Shown piece after piece: positions 49,981 through 63,958 of a stretch of 64,000 bases of DNA (position 1 is its first letter; every line of letters starts with the position of its first letter). The notes below the pieces were generated by a model. That model searched no databases. It was not told the origin of the DNA and saw only the letters and a program-made list of their open reading frames with translations. Where the stretch lies: the NCBI RefSeq assembly GCF_001194135.2, contig NC_068985.1, forward strand, positions 118,347,656 to 118,411,655. The letters are read 5' to 3'. The DNA comes from Octopus bimaculoides. Its lineage: Eukaryota. The position numbers and the translations under genes were made by a program.

Positions 49981-51836
49981 ATTCTTTCTCACTACGTTTA
50001 TAGTGTTCTTTTATTCATTGCCCGCCACTAAGTCTCGTATGTGCGATCATCCTGCACCTCTTATGTTAATTCTCCCTGTATCCCTTTTTTGGCTTTTTCT
50101 TCCCCTCTCTCANNNNNNNNNNNNNNNNNNNNNNNNNNNNNNNNNNNNNNNNNNNNNNNNNNNNNNNNNNNNNNNNNNNNNNNNNNNNNNNNNNNNNNNN
50201 NNNNNNNNNNNNNNNNNNNNNNNNNNNNNNNNNNNNNNNNNNNNNNNNNNNNNNNNNNNNNNNNNNNNNNNNNNNNNNNNNNNNNNNNNNNNNNNNNNNN
50301 NNNNNNNNNNNNNNNNNNNNNNNNNNNNNNNNNNNNNNNNNNNNNNNNGTATAGCATATTTCTTGAATGATTTTGATGTAAAAGAAGAAGGCGAGTTCCT
50401 GATAGCATGTTTTATGATTAGTTGACCGATCCTTAGATCAGACACATCCATCTTCTTCACCGGTTGATAGCAAAGAATGTTTTGGTGCTATATAAAGTAG
50501 TCAGCAATTCAACTATTACCGTAGTGGTTAGTTTAATTTGCATGTTTGTACTTTAGGTGGTTTGTCATTAAGTGATGCTTAGCGGTATTTCGTCTGTCTT
50601 TACGTTGTGAGTTCAAATTCCGCCGAGGTCGACTTTGCCTTTCATCCTTTCGTGGTCGATAAATTAAGTACCAGTTGCGTACTGGAGTCGATCGAATCGA
50701 CTGACCCCCTCCCCACAAAATTCGGGCCTTGTGCCTAGAGTAGAAAAGGATGTATATTTTATGCACAATACGGCGAGAATCAAAAGTACTAAAATGTATA
50801 ATGCAATCCATGTAGCTATAATGGATTATCTATCTGTCTGTCTGTCTGTTTGCCGAATGGTTGAGCACTTTTGTTACTCCGTTTGGATGAATTAAAATAT
50901 GCGTGGTTGCCCTGGCTATACTTCTCCTTCTTTTTATAGTTTCCTCTCATCTCACCTTCTCCATTTTATTTTTCCTTTCTCCTTTCTTTCTTTCTTTCTT
51001 TCTTTGGATCTTTTCTTGTTTGACTGCCACTTTTCAGTTTCTTCAATTTCTCTTCCAATTGATTTCATATTAGGTGTAATGATGTAGCTTTGTATACTAA
51101 TCATAGGCATGAAATTCATTTTCACCATAAATCAATAAATAAAGAGTTAATAGCTTTAAAGTTTGCAAAATTTGGGTAATTTTAGCCAATGGTAAGCTAC
51201 AGACACATTCATGCCTGTTTCCATAGTAACAAGCCAAGCTGTTACGAAACAGAAAAGATCCCTTTTTCTTTCTCTCCACCACTCTCTCGTCTTGTTTCTC
51301 TTCTGTCTTTTCTTTGTTGGCAGATGTATTGTCATACCAAATTGTCGGTCCAATAGTTGTCTAACATGAAGTCGAGTATTAGTAAATGGATGCATAACCC
51401 CGCCTCCCAAAACACAAGACGGATTGGAAGAGCGACGGAGAAATAATTTGCAGTATCCCATCGACGTCAGCTTTGCCTTTTATCGATAAAATTAAAATAC
51501 GACTTGAATTAATTTAACTGACTAATACTTCCTGCAAATTTCAGGCCTTGCACATACACGGGTGGGCAAAATTAGGTACACAGTTGCTTAAGAGGGTGGA
51601 ATGTTATTTTCATTTCTCCTTTTCTTTTAAACCTTAGTGATTTATAAGTCGACTAAGGGATCTGCGAGAGATGCCTAATTCATTAGAAGCCCTCTTTTTT
51701 TTTAATCCTTATCCTAATAAAGAAATGAAAAGAACCTTCCGCTCATTAAGCAACTATATACCTACAACCCTGTACGTTAAAAGAAATTATAACAAAATAG
51801 TTCTAAAATGAAAAGTGAATGTATTGTATTAATGGC

Positions 51837-51959
<123 letters not shown>

Positions 51960-52015
51960 ATATAAATGGTTCTCTTTCTTTTCTTTTTTTCTGCTGCTTT
52001 TGACCTACTGTAAAG

Positions 52016-52238
52016 GTGATTAAAATTATATGTGGAGACGTTGGCCAGTCGTTTCAAGACAATCGCATTGCTGCTATGCATTATTCCGATTTCGTTTACG
52101 AGGATTTCCCTTTCAACAAAAGTTATCTGGAGGAAGAAGTTGCTTACAACATACGACAGATACCAAAACACAGTGGCTCTACCTGCACTGGAGATGCATT
52201 TAATTACGCAAGGGTCGTTATGCTGAAACCCGAGAAAG
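52016..52238 (+). CDS. TSP1-vWA protein exon 3 (VIKIICGD...GSTCTGDAFNYAR...PEK)
   Basis: taaAG 52014-52015 after a pyrimidine tract; donor GTAGTA at 52239 (phase 1); contains the MIDAS Thr loop. Confidence 0.88.
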
Positions 52239-52884
52239 GTAGTATGGATTTATTTTTGGTTTGGCAGAAGAAAAGATTTGGTATTTAACAAAAAAAACGG
52301 GATGGGAACGAGAAAGAAAATTTGTGACATTCTCCCAAGTGAAGTAAAATGCCTTCAGTTAAAAACGAAGCCATATCATGGACTTTGAAGTGGGCGGGTA
52401 GAGAAAAAAAGAATGTCCCTTGTTCTAAGATACTTGGCAAAGGTAATATTACACTGAAACATTCGTTACATTCTGAGTTCAAATTCCATCGAAGTCAACT
52501 TTGAGTTTTATCATTCTGGGAGTTCATAAAATAAGGTCCTAGTGAAGTATTGGGATCGACATAATCAAGTGTTCCCCACCAAATTATTGGCCTTGTACCC
52601 ATGTAAATAGTTAATATATTGGTATAAGGCCATATATTTATAGAGGAGGAGAAACCGATTGAATCTGTCTCCCTGTTTATTAATTTAGTATTTAGAAATG
52701 TTAAAATTAACTTTCAGCGGATTTCAGTTGTAAAAGAACAAAATTAAAAATACTGTAAGGTATTTCGTCTGACAAAATGTATAAATCAAAAGCATGACTG
52801 CCACAACTTCCTATTTCGCTTTCCCTAATGATCTCAAACTACATATCTATATAATAGACATACAATTAATACATATAGAATTAT

Positions 52885-53263
52885 GAGTTGGCACTCCGTC
52901 GCTTACGACCTCGAGGGTTCCAGTTGATCCAATCAACGGAACAGCCTGCTTGTGAAATTAACGTGCAAGTGGCTGAGCACTCCACAGACACGTGTACCTT
53001 TAACGTAGTTCTCAGGGATATTCAGCATGACAGTGTGACAAGGCTGACACTTTGAATTACAGGCACAACAGAAACAGGAAGTAAGAGTGAGAGAAAGCTG
53101 TGGTGAAAGAGTACAGCAGGGTTCGCAACCATCTCCTGCCGGAGCCTCGTGGAACTTTAGGTGTTTTCGCTCAATAAACACTCACAACGCCCGGTCTGGG
53201 AATCGAAACCGCGATCCTATGACCGCGAGTCCGCTGCCCTAACCTCTGGGCCATTGCGCCTCC
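52885..53263 (-). mobile_element. Full-length tRNA-headed SINE with 14-bp TSD in intron 3
   Basis: TSD ACATATAGAATTAT at 52871-52884 and 53264-53277; head GGCGCAATGGCCCAGAGGTTAGGG...GGTTTCGATTCCC on minus. Confidence 0.88.
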
Positions 53264-53672
53264 ACATATAGAATTATATGTAGGATTATTAGCTAATTGT
53301 ATTTATCTTCGTGAACCCTATTTATTCCTTGTTTTATGGCATTAAATGATTGAGAAACAGTCAACAATCGCAGGTTATATTTCTAACAGGAAGAATTAAA
53401 CTCAGAACTGCAAAGCAGATAAATTTTACTGTAGAGCAGTAGCGAGCTCTTGTTTCTTCTCACTGATTTATCTACTCCTACTGTAAAGACCTTTGTAGAT
53501 TTGAATTAACTAGCTGCTTATCTAAATGTTACAGCTGCACTTGAAATACTGATCTCTTCTTCTCATCCTATTCCTCAGTCCTTTTTTCAATTATTATTAA
53601 ATTCTTCCTAAATTTCGTCCGCTTATCAGCCTCTTTCACTGTTTTTTTTTTTAATCCAATTAAATCACACAG

Positions 53673-53971
53673 GTATGCGACCTGATTCCCAGTCCATCAA
53701 GGATGTCCTGATACTAACTGATGGTAATTCGAATTGTGGATCTAAAGTAAAGATTGCTGCAGACCGACTGAAGCAGGTGGCCAATGTTTATGCTCTGGCG
53801 ATTGGTATGTGGCAGAAACAGAGAAGCGAAATAAAATCTTATGCTTCAAGCCCAGCAGAAGACCATTTATTTTCATTGAAATACTTCAGTGATCTTCCAG
53901 ACTTTATGGAAGGTGTCCGTACTTACAGTCAACAAGTTTATTGCGTTCCATTCTTTGGACAGATGGTGTAA
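53673..53971 (+). CDS. TSP1-vWA protein terminal exon (GMRPDSQSIKDVLILTDGNSNCG...VYCVPFFGQMV*)
   Basis: cacAG 53671-53672; G+GT = Gly; LTDG completes the MIDAS. The four exons sum to 948 nt (315 aa plus stop). Confidence 0.9.
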
Positions 53972-54092
53972 CAGTAATGGTAGGAAGAGAGGCGATTCTA
54001 GTAGTAACGGTAATAGTGGCAACAGCAGCTATAGAAGCATCAGCATCAGCAATATTAGTATTAGTATTAGTAACATGACCAGCTTACATAAC

Positions 54093-54406
54093 ATGGATCT
54101 TGTTCAAAACGGGGGCACCAGTATTTTCTTAACGAAACACTTATGGATCTTGTTCAAAACGGGGGCACCAGTATTTTCTTAACGAAACACTTATGGATCT
54201 TGTTCAAAACGGGGGTACCAGTATTTTCTTAACGAAACACTTTGAAACTTGGGACACTGGTACAATGTGTCATATAAAACATCTTTTTCTCTTAGTCTTC
54301 TTAACAAAAAAACGTACATCGCAAGTTATTTCATGTTAAAGTTGTCGTATTTCTGTAATTTCAACCAATGACTGACGTCCATTCAGCCGAATAACAGTAA
54401 GTGCTG
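54093..54406 (+). mobile_element. GGATC-family MITE left end with its first 50 bp triplicated; runs into a gap
   Basis: Unit atggatcttgttcaaaacgggggcaccagtattttcttaacgaaacactt at 54093, 54143, 54193; another left-end copy at 56258-56357. Confidence 0.8.
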
Positions 54407-56360
54407 NNNNNNNNNNNNNNNNNNNNNNNNNNNNNNNNNNNNNNNNNNNNNNNNNNNNNNNNNNNNNNNNNNNNNNNNNNNNNNNNNNNNNNNNNNNNNN
54501 NNNNNNNNNNNNNNNNNNNNNNNNNNNNNNNNNNNNNNNNNNNNNNNNNNNNNNNNNNNNNNNNNNNNNNNNNNNNNNNNNNNNNNNNNNNNNNNNNNNN
54601 NNNNNNNNNNNNNNNNNNNNNNNNNNNNNNNNNNNNNNNNNNNNNNNNNNNNNNNNNNNNNNNNNNNNNNNNNNNNNNNNNNNNNNNNNNNNNNNNNNNN
54701 NNNNNNNNNNNNNNNNNNNNNNNNNNNNNNNNNNNNNNNNNNNNNNNNNNNNNNNNNNNNNNNNNNNNNNNNNNNNNNNNNNNNNNNNNNNNNNNNNNNN
54801 NNNNNNNNNNNNNNNNNNNNNNNNNNNNNNNNNNNNNNNNNNNNNNNNNNNNNNNNNNNNNNNNNNNNNNNNNNNNNNNNNNNNNNNNNNNNNNNNNNNN
54901 NNNNNNNNNNNNNNNNNNNNNNNNNNNNNNNNNNNNNNNNNNNNNNNNNNNNNNNNNNNNNNNNNNNNNNNNNNNNNNNNNNNNNNNNNNNNNNNNNNNN
55001 NNNNNNNNNNNNNNNNNNNNNNNNNNNNNNNNNNNNNNNNNNNNNNNNNNNNNNNNNNNNNNNNNNNNNNNNNNNNNNNNNNNNNNNNNNNNNNNNNNNN
55101 NNNNNNNNNNNNNNNNNNNNNNNNNNNNNNNNNNNNNNNNNNNNNNNNNNNNNNNNNNNNNNNNNNNNNNNNNNNNNNNNNNNNNNNNNNNNNNNNNNNN
55201 NNNNNNNNNNNNNNNNNNNNNNNNNNNNNNNNNNNNNNNNNNNNNNNNNNNNNNNNNNNNNNNNNNNNNNNNNNNNNNNNNNNNNNNNNNNNNNNNNNNN
55301 NNNNNNNNNNNNNNNNNNNNNNNNNNNNNNNNNNNNATATATACATACATGTGTGTGCACGCGCAAGCTATGTATGCCTATATACATATTAATACAAGGA
55401 AGGCAGAGTTGTAGACACGGCAAGTTACGTCCCTTGCTGTCCTGTGTCCGACTCCCATCAAGATCGACTTTTTCTTCCCTCCTGAATCGATGCAATTTCC
55501 CTCGAAATATTTTGTTTTGCTTCCATATTATACATTTATGTGCATTCTAATATAAGGTGAACAGAGGAGTAGAAACCCTAGAGATCTGAACTGAATGGCT
55601 TGTAATGTTTATATGCGTCTGCTTTACTATCGAATTTGAAACCGTTATGAAAATTTTTTTTCATTATTTAAGGACTGGTAAAATAAGTATCTGTAACGTA
55701 TTGAAATAGATTCAGTTAGGTTTATATTTTAGCTGCCAATGTGTATCCTTGTGCAAAGCTGGAAATAAATAATGCCTGGTTTACATTTAAAAAGACTTAC
55801 ATACCAGAGATTGATAAAAACGAAAATAAATTGATATCTAATACGGATTATAAAACGCCTAGGAAATTTCACGAACACACACGCACGCGTCTCGGCAGTA
55901 ACTATGAACATTTTCTTTTCACAAAAGCATTCCTTATATCTAAACAGAAAATAAGAAAGAAAGTGAAAAAAAAAAAGGTTGCTTGTAGACCGACTGAAAA
56001 AGGTGATCAATGTAATTATTTTTGTGTGGCTGAAGCCGCACAGTGAGATGAAAAACCTATAAAACCTATTATTGAATATTAAATAAACCAGAATAAATAT
56101 ATTGCTTTCAGCTGTTTTATTATTTATTGTAAAATTCCATGTATAATATGCACTTTTTATTTCACCCTATTCAAAATTAAAATTGTGGGTGCGCTGGTTG
56201 CTTAGAATACATTTTAGATTGAAGAGCTTTTCTCATTAGTATTTTCAAGAAAAACAAATGGATCTTGTTCAAAACGGGGGCACCAGTATTTTCTTAACGA
56301 AACACTTTGAAACTTGGGACACTGGTAGAATGTGTCATATAAAACATCTTTTTCTCTTCC

Positions 56361-58560
56361 CAGCTGTGACAGCAGATGTTCAACATAAACCCGGATCTCA
56401 GAGATTTGGGGGCATTGCAAACTTGCGTGCAGAACGGTTTCCCTGTCCTGCTCGCATCTTGGGCACATGGGTGCACAACGGGCACCTTGAATTGCGAGTT
56501 TATCGCGAACTGGTAAGGCTCTTCGGTAAAACTGCCAGACCAGGGATCCTTGGAAGTTATCCAAGGGTCTTGGCCCGAATGTCCTTCGGAACAAACTGGC
56601 TAGTTGATCCTCATCGTAGCCAAGAATCTCCCCGAGGACGTCATCACACTGACCCTCTACCAACCCTCTATAGAAAGACGAGGTGGAACCCCCGCCGCTG
56701 GCGTTGCCCGTGAGACAGAGAAGCTTGAGTGCCTCACGACACTCCGCTTGTCAATCACCAAACTTTGGTCTACACTTGATTCAAGGTCCTAGTTCACTCA
56801 AGTAACGACCGAACGAACGGAGACCACACCTGTTTACCGTCAAAGTAGAGCCACAGATGCCTCAACCTCAGTGCATGTAAGCGTATCAACAGCCAAGGAA
56901 TCCTTAACTCACCCTTTAGCGGATGCTGGCAGCAGACAGAGCACTCTACAAGAGGACTTCTACCCCTCCACAAAAAGCGGAAGAGTAGCCGCTCCAACTT
57001 GATCAGCCTCGAACGGGGAGTAAGGTGCAACGGTCAGACGGTAGGTAATAACAGAAGCGATAAACACTCCTGCAACCTCTGTCATTCCTTTCAAGGATAG
57101 TCGCCGCTCAGACCAGGTCTGAGTTAGGTGGGTCACCCTGCTCGTCACCTCGCTCTAATTCTTTTCTATCTGGAGGTCTGCACCAAACCAAAGCCCAAGC
57201 ATTTTAACCAGCCCCTCCGTCCAACGCCCTACGACGTTGTTGGGAAGTATCGTCTTGCCTCTTCAGGTGCCGAGTTGCAAGCCGACTGACTTATCCTGCC
57301 ACTGCATCGTAGTCCTTAATGGCTTTGCCTATCCTCTGTAGGTGTACCATCTCGGACACGATGATGGTAATGTCATTCGTGTACGCCGAAACCGTCTTAC
57401 TGCAACCTAGATCGCGTGGGACGCCCCCCTCCCCCCAAGCTCTCCAACTTCCGTAGTAAGTGCTCTAGAGCCAACACATAGCGAAGGAGGGAAAGAGGAC
57501 ACCCTTGACGAACAGAGCGCTTGATGTTGAACGGCTTCGAGAAGAACCCGTTCATCTGAACGATCGAGTCGATGTTGCTGTATAAAGCAATGATTCACCC
57601 GAGGAAGACAGGACCGAGCCAGAATGCTGCGAAGACCGACACCAGAAACCGATGGCCAACCCTGTCGAAAACTTTGGACTGGTCCAAATGGACCAGTGCC
57701 TCACCCTCGCCAGGAGACCCGTTAACCCTCTCTAAGATGTAGCGTAGAAGGTGGAGATTGTCGTGTATGGATCATGCAGGAATGGCACAAATTTGTGCCT
57801 CCCCGACGATTCTACTCACAACACATGCCAACCGTTTTGCTTACACATTGGCCAAAATCTTCTGTTCTGTGTTAAGCAGAGTGATGGGCCTGAAATTATC
57901 TATAATAATCCCCTTGTTTGGGTCCTTTCTATCACTGTAGCTGATATAGTGAAATTGTGGATGACTAACTAGGTTTTTGTCTATTTCTCTAATTAGAATC
58001 CTGTCTAGATAAGATCTAGATGACCCATCGCTATTAGTCCATGTCCACAATGGAGCGTCTGGAACATCTAGTCGGTACCTATCTGCCAGATGAAATCGAC
58101 TGAGCTGATTATTAAAGCACAGTAATGTTAGCATAGTAATGTTAGGTGACTTTAATGTAATCTGCGGTGCACGCGTAGATTGCGTTGGCTCGTCTACTGA
58201 TAGAAGAGGAAACCCTTGCTTTAATAATCAGCTCAGTCGATTTCATCTGGCAGATAAGTACAGACTAGATGTCCCAGACGCTCCATTGTGGACATGGACT
58301 AATAGCGATGGGTCATCTAGATCTTATCTAGACAGGATTCTAATTAGAGAAATAGACAAAAACCTAGTTAGTCGTCCACAATTTCATTATATCAGCTACA
58401 GTGATCACAGATTTATGACTTGTAAGCTAGATTTAGATAAGTTACGTAGATAGGGATCCGGCTACTGGAAATTCGATAAGTCACTTTTGGCTCATGAGGA
58501 GTACAGGAGTTTTCTAAATCGGCAGGGACCGCTTGTATGATCATCTCTAGTCCTTGTCCC
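56361..58560 (-). mobile_element. Decayed Tx1/L1-clade LINE ORF2 (APE, RT, zinc finger), internally rearranged
   Basis: LGDFN, W.WTN...SRSYLDRIL, YSDH (APE); NFRPITLLNTEQKILA, IKRSVRQGCPL (RT); LPVRDKL..C.RC...ETVLH...C (zinc finger). Confidence 0.85.
57931..58405. repeat. 189-bp inverted repeat (arms 57931-58119 and 58217-58405), 97-nt spacer
   Basis: About 5 mismatches counted by eye; the same APE peptide appears on both strands in the ORF track. Confidence 0.92.
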
Positions 58561-61500
58561 TGCCAATTTTGCAATTCCAGTGCTGAGGCTTGGAGGATTG
58601 TAATTTTATCCTCCAAGCCGCTTGTTATGGCTGCCACCAGCGAAGTGGGGTCTCCTTCGCTTCCCTACCTTAATCTTGGAAATCCGCCTACGAAGATAAG
58701 TAGGTAGGAGAACCACCTCCGCAGTTTTAACGTCTCCGTCGACCTTTGTTTCGCCTTTTCCTACGACTTAAACTGGACTTTTATTGTGGCATACTTCACA
58801 CCTCTTGTGATATATGCCACATTATTCCAAACTGGACAGAGACACAGCTCCACCGCCTCCTTACTCGCGTTGTCCAGTTTTTTAGCTTTATAACGAACAA
58901 CTTGTAGAAACTGTACACTTAGTGCATTGTGAGTAGTTTCACTGGGAGGAGTGATCACAGTTTCGCTTCCCTCCTTTTTCAACATTCCTTTATATTTTCC
59001 TAATTCGTCTTTTCCACTGTTTATTGACCTTTTTGAAACAATGACTGCTTCTGTAAAATTGCTTCCTTTTTTTTTTTTCATTGCATGAAATCCTCTGCAG
59101 TTGGCCTGTTTTTTAATCCTGTGCTATTTTTTGGTATCCTGCCATGCACTTGAACTTGTACCAGGTTCATTCCCAGTTTTCGATTTGATTGGAGGTTTAT
59201 CCATGTTTGTGCATTATTTTCACAAAATATAACAATATTTTCCCCCTTCACACAAGGAGGAAAACGTTAACAAAAAACTGCCCCAAGGAGAAAAATAAGG
59301 TATTTTACAAACAAACACTAAACAAAAGTTCAACAACGTAACAATCCAACAGTGTAAATTCAACAAAATATCCACAAATATTACAAACTTACGCCAAACC
59401 GTTCGAACAACGTACAAACAAAAAAGATGATTGCAACAACGATTTCTTTATTACCCACGAGGAGTTAAACACAGAGGGACAAAAATAACGGACGACAAAA
59501 GACAAACGAATGGCAAAAATGAAAAAAATGAATAATGAAATGGAACGAAACCACTCGACCCCACATCCGAGCAACTTCAGTTACACTTTTTTTACTTTTA
59601 TTTCTTTATTAACTTATAATTAAGATAGTTTAACTTAGGTGGCAACTTACTTGCGTCTGCTGTCACGCCTATGTCCAATGTTTCTGTCCCAGTTTTCCAT
59701 TAAACCAAAACACTTTTTGGGGTTGGGGGCTGGGGAGTTTTGGGCACCTGTCTGTTTGTGTTATTGTCTGTGTCAAGAGGGGCATGGAGAAGGCTGGTGA
59801 CTGTAGGGGGAAGGGTGTGACAGCATGGGTTCGGGTGAGGATTCACATTTTTTCCTCAGACCTTTTTTTAGTTTTCTTCCTTTTAGCTTGTGCCCATTTC
59901 TGCTCTTCTTCCTTCCCAGGCTCCTCCGCTTGTAGACGACTTCTCCAGAGGTGGAGGTGCAACTTTTTCTTTTGGTTCCTTTGCACAGAGTGGAGGGAAT
60001 TCTGCCTTAATGTGGCCTTTTCCCCTACATTTAAAACACCTGAGCGTCCTGCCCTCCACCATGACTCTCAACTTGATGTCGCCGTCGACCATGATGGTCT
60101 CCACCATCCTTCCTAGGTATTCTGAGGCGGCCTGGATCAACACTTCCAGGCCCTGCCCTTGCCAATTTCTTGTCGGCACACTTTTTGCCTTGAGGACCAC
60201 AATCTGGTCCTCAATACCAAGTAGGATGGTGGCTACCAGCCAGGAAACATCCACCTCAGAAGGGATTTCATCTACCCTTACCCGAGAAGTACGTCTTCCC
60301 AGGTAAATGGGTAGAAAGACCACCTCTTCCGTCTTGAGGGGAGTGACGGTATCAGACGCAAACCGCACCTCCACCGTTGCGAACTTTCTCCCTCTAGCTA
60401 GGTAATCCCCCTCTTTCCGAATGGGCTGCAGAGCCCTTTCCACTTTAGCTCTCGTAGCCACCTCTATCCGAATCAGCCTTACGTTGTATGTTCTATACAA
60501 CACCGTTCTTTTGGCTGTCCTTTCGGTAGTTTTCCTGGGTGGGGGATACTTTGACATTGTTCCCCTCCCTTTTTATCATTTCTTGGAATCTTTCAATTCT
60601 CTCAAAACACACATCTTCAGACTGCCGTGTTACCGCCTCTGCGTAACTCCTTTCCATCTCGCTATCTATTTCGTCTAGACATCTCACCAGCTCCTCCTCA
60701 GACGACGACAGGGATGAATAGCTAATTCTCTCCATTTTCACAGCACTTCCCCCTTCAAACAAGGGGGACAGCATTAACAAAACTGCAGTAAGACAGCAAA
60801 AACAAGTGTCTTGAGACATAACAATTAATTACAAATATAACTTTAACTAAACTTTCGCACGAACAAAATTCACGATCAACTCGGTCACAGACGATTGTAA
60901 CATTATTTTATATTTTGGCACTACAGCCATAACACAGAGTAGACAGCACATGGACAGACAGGACTCTACTGTGGAGGCATAAAACATAGAAGGAACGAAT
61001 AAAAGATGAATTATAATAATGGAGGTGAAATAGCTACATGCTCCCCACTCGCAAGCAGTATCATTTAAAATGTTTTAGTTAAATGTTTTTTATATCTTTT
61101 ATTTCTTTTTTACCCTTTTGTATCAGTTTTATAGTTATTAAATTCTCGACTTTTACTTACTTTTTTCCCCCATTTTATGTACGGTGTTAGGTCCTCGTAA
61201 TCTATCACAGGCGGCAAGTCATCGAACTCCACGCGTACTCCTGCTGGGTCTATCTTGTCTCCAAATAATTCTCTCAATCTTGCACATCTCTCTTGGTCAA
61301 TCACAATTGCCTTGGTGTTCTCTGGATAATATTCCATTGTTAACTTCACTCTCACTACCAACTTCATTTTGGTTATTTTCTTTTCAATTTCCGTGTTTTT
61401 CGAATATGTCACCATACGCCATTTCTTTTTTGGTTCTTTGTTTGTTACTTGTTCCTGCATTTCCACTTGATTTTCTACGTTGGTTTCCCTTGTTGATATT

Positions 61501-61900
61501 GTTGGAATCTCCTTCTGTGTCTCTTCCTGTTTATTTTCCTTCCTTTTCTTTAGTGGATTCTTTGGCGGTCAGTCCGCGTTTTCCTTCCTTTTCTTTTTTC
61601 CTATTTACCACCTTATATTCTTCCTCCACCTTCTCTGGACATTGCTCACTCACTGGGGGTCGCCGCTTCGCCATTTTGCTCCTGCTCGTAACCCTGTTGC
61701 TGCTGTTCCTGTTCACCTTTCTCGTCGTTCTGGGGACACCTTGCTCTCATGTGTCCCCTTACTCCACATTGGTAACAAGTTGGAGGTCTTCCCTCCACCA
61801 CTACTCTTAATTTTACTTCCGCTGGCAGTATCACCTCCTCCGGTATTTTGTGCAAGACGATGGTCTAGAAACAGCACCTTTTAGCTCATGTTGTTACTGT
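58560..61900 (-). mobile_element. Three stacked, diverged Tx1-type ORF1 (gag-like) remnants
   Basis: Homologous NWQGQGLE segments at about 58560 and 60150, RG.K.AT..V.F.S segments, zinc knuckles RCFKCRGKGH and TCYQCGVRGHMRARC. Confidence 0.7.
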
Positions 61901-62109
61901 CCTTGCTTTTAATCGCTTTTTGTCTTTCTCAACCATTCCAGATCTAGACCGAAAGCTTTCACGTGGCTTTCTGCCATATGTATAAAAATTGGGCTTTTCT
62001 TTCTGCACCAGAACAAGTAACAACTTCATGATAGTTCTAAAACGGCCTACTTGAAACGGCATCTTTTACTTCTTCGCGTCTATCCTCATCCAATATTTCC
62101 TGTACCCGG

Positions 62110-63945
62110 GAGCAACGTGCAGCATTCTTCTTTTCCCGTTTTTAGCGCGGATGTCCGTCTCAAGTAGAAGCCTACTTCGCGGTGAGCAATATTCAATCCA
62201 ACCAGTAGCAACTAAACATTTTACTCAGTGCCTTTTCTTCTGCCTTAGCTGTTCAACTCAAAGACCTGATTAAAGATACACCACACGACGCGACTTATTC
62301 ATCTATAAAATGCGAAGTGCTTCGTAGGACGTCTCTTTCTGCAGAGCGCCGTTTTCAGACTCTCGTCAATGACGAACATTTGGGAGACAGGAGACCGACT
62401 GAATTTCTTCGTCGCATCCGCGACTTAACTGACATGGCTCCAGAAGACAGCTCCCTGCTTAAGCAGCTCTTTTTCTCGTACCTACCCACACATGTTCAGG
62501 CAATTTTGGCGCCCATTGTCGACGAAAGTTCAGTCGAACAGATCGATAATTCGGCTGATAAAATTTGAGAATTCTCAAGAAATTCGCCTGCGGTCGACAG
62601 AGTCGTTGCTGCGTCTTCTCTTTCATCGACGCTACGACTTCCGCCGACGGCAGCTCTACTCAGTCGGCAACTTTAGAAGCTATTTTAAACCTGACCAAAC
62701 AAGTCCAGATGTTGTGTTTGTCTCGAAGTTTCCAGCGTCATAGTCGTTCAACCAGTGGTAACCGGATTTTTTTTTTTTTTTTTTTGGTACCATGACCGTT
62801 TTGGCGCGAAGGCTCGGAAATGCCTTCCTCTATGTTCTTATGCCCGCTAAGAAAACTAACTCGGGAGACACTGAGCACGTCAGTCGCTCCCTGCAGCTTT
62901 ACTGCGAATCGTGCATTTTTGTCGAAGACCACATCTCTCAATACTTTCAGGCTGACTCAGGCGCTTCCTGCAGCTTATGGCCGGTGAAGTTTGTCACTGA
63001 CAAGTCTCCTCTCTCACAACTTTCATTCCAAGCCGTCAACCATTCGCCTATTCAGGCGTTCGAGCAGATATCTCTCTCCCTGGACTTGGCACTCCGGGAA
63101 GACTTCAAATGGATCTTCATTGCCGACCTGGCCTACCCCATCCTTGGGGTAGATTTCCTCCACCACTCCTCGCTCCTCGTGGATGTTCGTAGGCAGCGTT
63201 TGTTGGACAGTTCAATAGATTTATCAATTCCTAATCGCAGAACAGTTACTCCTATTGTGAGCCCTTTATTGTTCATTGTTGTATCTGGTGATACATATTA
63301 CGCACTTTTGAACTCGTTTCCTGAGCTGACCGACCTAAATTTCCAAGTGAGTAATCCTGTTCACTCTACGAGGCATTTCATCAATACTACCGGTTCACCA
63401 GTTTTTGCTCGTCCTTGACGTTTACCTTCAGACAAACTCAAGGCTGCGAAAGCCGAATTCGACCACATGCTGCAGTTGGGGATTATTCGTTCTTCAACTA
63501 GCCCCTGGTCTTGACCTCTTCATTTAGTACGAAAAGGATCTACTGATTTTCGTCTAGTCGAGGACTACAGGAGGTTAAATGCTATCACAATTCCAAATAG
63601 ATAACTTACCTCGCCCCTTCAGGATTTTTCTTCGACCTTGCATAGATGCACCGTTTTCTCCAAGGTTGACCTCGTCCGGGCATATCATCAAATTCCTCTC
63701 AACCCGGACGATATTCCCAGAACTGCTGTCACCACACCTTTTGGTTTCTTCGAATTTCTTTCCATGCTGCTTGGGTTGTGGAACGCAGCTAGCACTTTTC
63801 AAAGGTTTACAGACGAGGTCATTCGCGGTCTCGACTTCGTCTATGCCTAAATTGATGACTTACTCATCGCAAGTTCTACGAAGGAAGATCATGTCCAGCA
63901 TCTAACACTGCTTTTTCAGTGTCTACGTGATTATCAAGTTAAAAT
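62110..63945 (+). mobile_element. Decayed Gypsy/Ty3 LTR retrotransposon internal region (gag-PR-RT; CsRn1-like gag)
   Basis: Gag LGDRRPTEFLRRIRDL; protease ADSGASCSL; RT SPWS*PLHLV, FSKVDLVRAYHQIP, KTA-like RTAVTTPFG.FEF, YA*IDDLLIAS; many stops and frameshifts; no LTR found. Confidence 0.88.
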
Positions 63946-63958
63946 CAAGCCAGCACAC

